Made by a program: the position numbers and the translations under genes. This document shows, piece after piece, positions 58,436 to 64,000 of a stretch of DNA of 64,000 bases. Numbering within the stretch: position 1 is the stretch's first letter; every line of letters begins with the position of its first letter. The DNA comes from Eledone cirrhosa. Its lineage: Eukaryota. Under the pieces are notes generated by a model. It was given only the letters and a program-made list of their open reading frames with translations, was not told the origin of the DNA and did no database searches. The DNA lies in NCBI GenBank assembly GCA_964016885.1, contig OZ024741.1, positions 315,580,001-315,644,000 on the forward strand. The letters are read 5' to 3'.

Positions 58436-58947
58436 TCTTAATAGGCATTTGAACTGTCAACAGGCTGCGGTTCACACGCACATCCCTGCTGACCATTATC
58501 ACAACGAACACTTTACTACTACTACTGCTACTACACACACACACACACACACATATTTGTTGTGAAAGAGTCATTTCTCAGTCAGCCGACACAACCCTAC
58601 ATTTGGCGCAAAATCAATTTTTTACATTCACATGACCTCTACCGACCAATCAAAATTGTTTTGACCACAAGAATTTTTGCAACACGAATTGGTGCAAAAC
58701 TTATTTTAATACCGCTGGAGCCACTTTTTTAACATAAAAACAGGTAGAATTCCCAAAACTAATCAGATCAGAGCAAACATCATGGACGCTCTGTCTCAAA
58801 ATTATTTTTGAAAAGCATTAGAAATGCGCAACCGGTAAAATTTAAAACCAAAACTGAATACTAAACTATACAATTACTAATTCTCACTTATTTCTAATTA
58901 AACTATTTTTCACTATGAACAATTTGTCAGCATTTCTATTCCGTTTA

Positions 58948-58952
<5 letters not shown>
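53882..58952 (+). mobile_element. PLE family A copy 2: 5'-truncated body (55717-58952) preceded by a 1.8-kb inverted copy of its 3' part
   Basis: 53882-55720 is the reverse complement of ~57014-58952. RT 55717-56480 (RPIIAG, FDVVNLYSNIP, GTAMG, YLDD) is then frameshifted. GIY-YIG at 56913-57362 and mirrored at 55359-55739. Confidence 0.95.
57585..57975 (+). repeat. Minisatellite (~38-60-bp units) in the PLE 3' UTR; mirror at 54815-55135
   Basis: Repeated CAATTTCTGGACACACTCCAGATACATATTTGTGCACAGGTAT. Confidence 0.85.
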
Positions 58953-59007
<55 letters not shown>

Positions 59008-59029
59008 TATATATAAATATATATATATA

Positions 59030-59737
59030 ATTATAATAGAATATAAAAGAAAAACGAACACAGATATATACATATATGTGTTCAAATCGTAAGGGAACAG
59101 ATTCGCTAAGGTGACAAGAATACTAACTATAGACAATAGGGTTTGCTTGTCTCAATTTAAGAAAAAATCAAGAAAATAGATACAAACTGGAATTGTGGTA
59201 ACTACCAATCACCCAGACAACTTGGTGTTGTTTTGCAATGTTAATTGTGAATAGAATTACCAATTCAAGCTCATCAGTGGGTGATGAATTATTATCCTAG
59301 ACACTTCTAAGTATATTAAGTCACTGAATAGTGTGCTATATATAAAATAATAGCGCACATGGTATCTTAGCGTGTCTCACAAACTTACACGACTAAAAAT
59401 AGCAGCTAGGTTTATTCGACATTTGAAATAGCTCAAAAAATTAACGGAGCCGAATATATCAAAGGTATATATTGAGTTAGGAACTCAAAATAGTCTCTTA
59501 AAACAAAATAGCTCTAAGAAAGAGATATTTCCGAGCCGTATATTATAATAGAATATAAAAGAAAAACGAACACAGATATTTACATATATGTGTTCAAATC
59601 GTAAAGGACCAGATTCGCTAAGGTGAAAAGAATACTAACTATAGACAATTGGGTTTGCTTGTCTCAATTTAAGAAAAAATCAAGATAAATACAAAACGGA
59701 ATTGTGGCAACTACCAATAACCCAGACAACTTGGTGT

Positions 59738-59738
<1 letters not shown>
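59030..59738 (-). repeat. Non-coding tandem 509-bp HHR-containing unit (~1.4 copies)
   Basis: 59030-59230 recurs at 59540-59738. Confidence 0.85.
59209..59284 (-). ncRNA. Type I hammerhead with full stem III (G12 to A in this copy)
   Basis: TCACCCA-CTGATGA-GC...GC-AAAA-CAAC ACCAA GTTG-TC-TGGGTGA. Confidence 0.8.
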
Positions 59739-59792
<54 letters not shown>

Positions 59793-59968
59793 TGTGTATA
59801 GTAATAATATATTTGAAGACAAAAATCCAAAGAGGGCTCGATAATGATAAATATATATCAAATATATAAGAACCATAGAGCAAATATTTATTAAAATAAC
59901 TAATTAAAGTTTAAGCAAAGAATCGGTGGGTGAAAGCAGCGATTCTTTGCTTAAACTTTAATCGGTTA

Positions 59969-60064
<96 letters not shown>

Positions 60065-62543
60065 GAAATCGAAAATGCAACTGGAGTCTTATTTTTTTTA
60101 AAATATATAAAAGATATATACATTTATTTGGTTTCTTTACCGGTTTCGCAGTTCTTCTGCTTTTCAAAAGTAGAGTTGAGATGGAGGGTCTGTGGTTTTT
60201 CTCACATCTGTTTGGTCTTTGAATGTTACTTGTTTTATATGGAAAAAAGTGGCTCGAAACGCTAAAAGCAGCTACAACCCAACAAAAGGTAGAAACAGAG
60301 TTCTAGACAAATTTTGTGACCACATACCCACTTTCCCATACCATGAACTACCGCAACCTAAACCCAAACCCAACACGAGTCGAAGGGAATGGGAGATTAT
60401 CCATGAACTAAAAAACAATACAGACATTATAATTAAGGAAGCGAACAAGGGAAGTACTGTTGTCATTATGGATGCTGAAAAATATAAAAATTCTATGTTC
60501 TCTCTCTTACAAAATATTAATTACTATGAAAGAGTAAAAAACTACCAACAATCAAAAACAATGACCAGATTAAACACACTGATTTGTCGATACCAGGAAG
60601 ACTTAACTAAAAAGGAACGCGATTATTTAACACATTTTGAATACTAAACCAGCAACCTTTACGGACTTCCGAAGATCCACAAGTGTAAAATAATTAACGA
60701 TGCCTGTAAACAATCCACCTCAGCCTGCGTGAACACACAATACCCCACAGACCTTAAAGTAAGACCAATTGTAGCGGATCCTACAATGTGAAACACACAG
60801 ACTGAGCAACTTTATAGACATACTACTAAAACCAATTCTCAAACACATACCAAGCCTTGTAAGAGACGATCTGGACCTCTTAAACCACCTCCCCAAACAT
60901 GTCAACAACGATATTATTATTGTGTCTTTCGATGTAGTGAATCTCTACACAACGATCCCACACCAATACGGACTACAAGTAATAGGATTCTGGCTAGAGA
61001 AATATCCCAATGAAATACCTGACAGAATAGAAAAAAGCTTCATCACCGAGGGATTAAAATTTATCTTACAGAAAAACTTTTTTTCTTTCGATGGCAATAC
61101 TTACAAGCAAATATCGGGGACTGCGATGGGTACAAAAGCCGCTCCGACTTATGCCAACTTAGTCATGGCTATACTTAGAAGTCCAGATTTATGAACAGTC
61201 CAAATAAAAATACGGATTGAACTTCCACAAATATTTATCAGAGAATTGGAAACGCTACTTGGATGATTGTCTCATTCTTTGGCCCCACACACTCGACAAA
61301 CTGAATGATTTCAAAAATTTAATAAACGGCATCAATAACCACAGTAATGAATTACGAAAACAGAAACAAATTCAAGGTACGTCCAATATTCTATCCTATA
61401 TCTCAACTCACAACCCAAGAAATGCGGAAGCTTACAACACTATTCACTTGCTGAAACAAGACCCAAGAATGAAAAAAGCCCTTGAAACACACAAAATAAT
61501 CAAAAGCAAAGACAACCGAAATCACTGAAAACATTACTCACCAATGCCAAATTACCTACCACAAACCTACAACCAACTGTCAAAAAATGTGGTCGCTCTA
61601 ATTGTGGAACCTGCACTCACCTCATTGAAGGCAAAACGTATACATTTAAATCAGGATAAAATTTTGCTGTAAAAAATCACTTCACTTGCTGATCAAAAAA
61701 TCTACTTTATGCCATTAAATGTAAAGGATGCAATGAAGATTATATAGGACAAACTAAACTCACACTCAGAAATAGAATGACAGTTCATCGCCAACAATTA
61801 CGAGATCCAACCACGAGACAGATACCACTAAGCGCATATCTAGACATTTGCGCAAGTAATAAGACACCCAAATTCCAAGTCTTCCCATTTTACATTTGCG
61901 CTGACATTACAACAGAACAAATACGAATAAATAAGGAAAATATGTTTATTCAAAAATATAGACCAGCATTAAATATGGTTTAATATACATTATGTCAACA
62001 CCATAACATGCTAACCATCCAAACAGACACATACACACACACATAACACCTTCTACTTTAGAAAATAAAAACCCGAACTAAATAAACCTTAACATACGTT
62101 TGCGCTGACAATACAACAGAACAAATACAAATAAGTAAGGAAAATATGTTCATTCAAAAATATTCCTACTAACGGAATCATTTTCCTACACACACACACA
62201 CACAATATATATATATATTCTCTTCATCTTAACATGCTAACCATACTCCAACACACACACATAACACCCTTACACACACACATAACCCCCCCCCCCCCCC
62301 TCCCACACACACACAACTCCCTCCCCCATTTCTACTAATAGAATCACTTTCCTACACACACACACACAAACACACACATAAACATACATATGTCTACTTT
62401 CTTTATTTCAATAGAAAATCTGAACTCTGACACCCCAGCGAACTAGCCATATTCACTGAACCAGAACAATTCTCCCATCCCATTTCTCTTGACCATTCTT
62501 TTGCTTGTCATAAAATTCTCTAAATGGCTACAAAATAAATAAT

Positions 62544-62730
62544 TGTTTCTACTTTTGGCACAAGGCCAGCAATTAACCAGTACATGACTGGTACTTTATT
62601 TTATCGACCCCGTAAGGATGAAAGGCAAAGTTAACCTCGGCGGGATTTGAACTCAGAATGGAAAGGGCCGTAACTCTATGCGTCAAAGCATGGCGTCCGG
62701 CCCTCTACCGATACTGCCAATCTACCGCCC
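62544..62730 (-). mobile_element. SINE inserted in the PLE 3' UTR with target-site duplication
   Basis: CTACAAAATAAATAAT at 62528-62543 and 62730-62745. Confidence 0.92.
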
Positions 62731-63356
62731 TACAAAATAAATAATACGGGCACGGAACTTGTTCACGTGACAGTCATAATTTCATTTATAACCAATCAAA
62801 TTGCATTTAAAAAAAAAAGCCTTCGTGAACCACTTTTTTTATTGTCATGAAATTCTCTAAGAGGCTACAAAACAAATTCCGAAATACGGGCGCAAAATTT
62901 AATGAACTTGTTCACGTGACAGCCATAATTTCATTTATAACCAATCAGATTACATTTTTTTAGAAAAAGCCTTCGTGAGCCCCTTTTTTTAAGTACAAAA
63001 CAAATTCCGAAATACGGGCGCGAAATTTAATGAACTTGTTCACGTGACAACCATAATTTCATTTATAACCAATCAGATTACATTTTTTTAGAAAAAGCCT
63101 TCGTGAGACCCTTTTTTTAATTAAAAAGTAATTCAAACACTCATATATGAAAAAACAACCTGAGTACCCCTCCCCCCTTTGTTTGAAGAACTTTGTAACG
63201 CGAACTGGCGCGAAATTTATTATACTTATTGACCAACCAATCAAATTACTTCTCTAAAAACCTGGCGTTTCGAGCCACTTTTTTCCATATACAACAAATA
63301 ACATTCAAAGACCAACCAGATGTGAGAAATACCACAGACCCTCCATCTCAACTCTA

Positions 63357-63393
63357 CTTTTGAAAAGCAGAAGAACTGCGAAACCGGTAAAAG
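63357..63393 (+). ncRNA. Minimal hammerhead with U3-A8 core and palindromic stem III (mirror 60134-60170)
   Basis: CTT-TTGAAAA-GCAG AAGAA CTGC-GAAA-CCGG-TA-AAAG. Confidence 0.75.
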
Positions 63394-63532
63394 AACCAAA
63401 TAAATATATATATTTTTTATATATTTTTTTTAAAATAAGACTCCAGTTGCATTTTCGATTTCATCTTTTTTTCTTTATACTTTCACTCGTGTAGGACACC
63501 TCGGTTATTTTTTATTTTGTAAAAAACCTCAC

Positions 63533-63634
<102 letters not shown>

Positions 63635-63662
63635 GTATTTATATATGTATATATATATATAC

Positions 63663-63705
<43 letters not shown>

Positions 63706-64000
63706 TTAATCGGATAATAAAGTAGGCCAATTGAGTGCGATAAAAAATATTTTCTTACTTCCAATAAAATCCCTTACACTATTTTCTTCTATAAAAAAAA
63801 CAATTTGTGACAGACTATACTGAACCGTATAAACCTAGGGCTCCACGTTTCACGGTAAAATATCACAAAACTAACCTCCATTATAACCCTTGTGTAATGT
63901 GCATTAACCCCTCTAATTCAGATATAAGTAAAATCAGTAAACATAATTTAGGCAGTATTATACGCAAATTTAAAAGCAAAATTAATGTTATAGTGTGGGA

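Overview
AT-rich eukaryotic, non-genic DNA with no convincing host exon. The (TA)n/(CA)n/(TATG)n microsatellite load and the SINE families suggest an octopus-like mollusc (inference). The window is a mosaic of retroelement relics: Penelope-like elements (PLEs; RT plus GIY-YIG) of at least three types, RTE, L1/Tx1-like, CRE-like and R4/Dong-like LINE fragments, and many tRNA-derived SINEs. The main unexplained structure, read by hand, is about 30 type I hammerhead ribozyme (HHR) motifs from roughly 15 sequence families. They include compensated U3-A8 cores, a GCAA variant, palindromic stems III and very long stems II. Three sit in non-coding repeat units of 568, 509 and 390 bp that resemble retrozymes. 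Many short fold-back palindromes have their junction in or next to the HHR. Most ORFs in the supplied track are microsatellite artefacts. Coordinates were read manually, so element boundaries are approximate.
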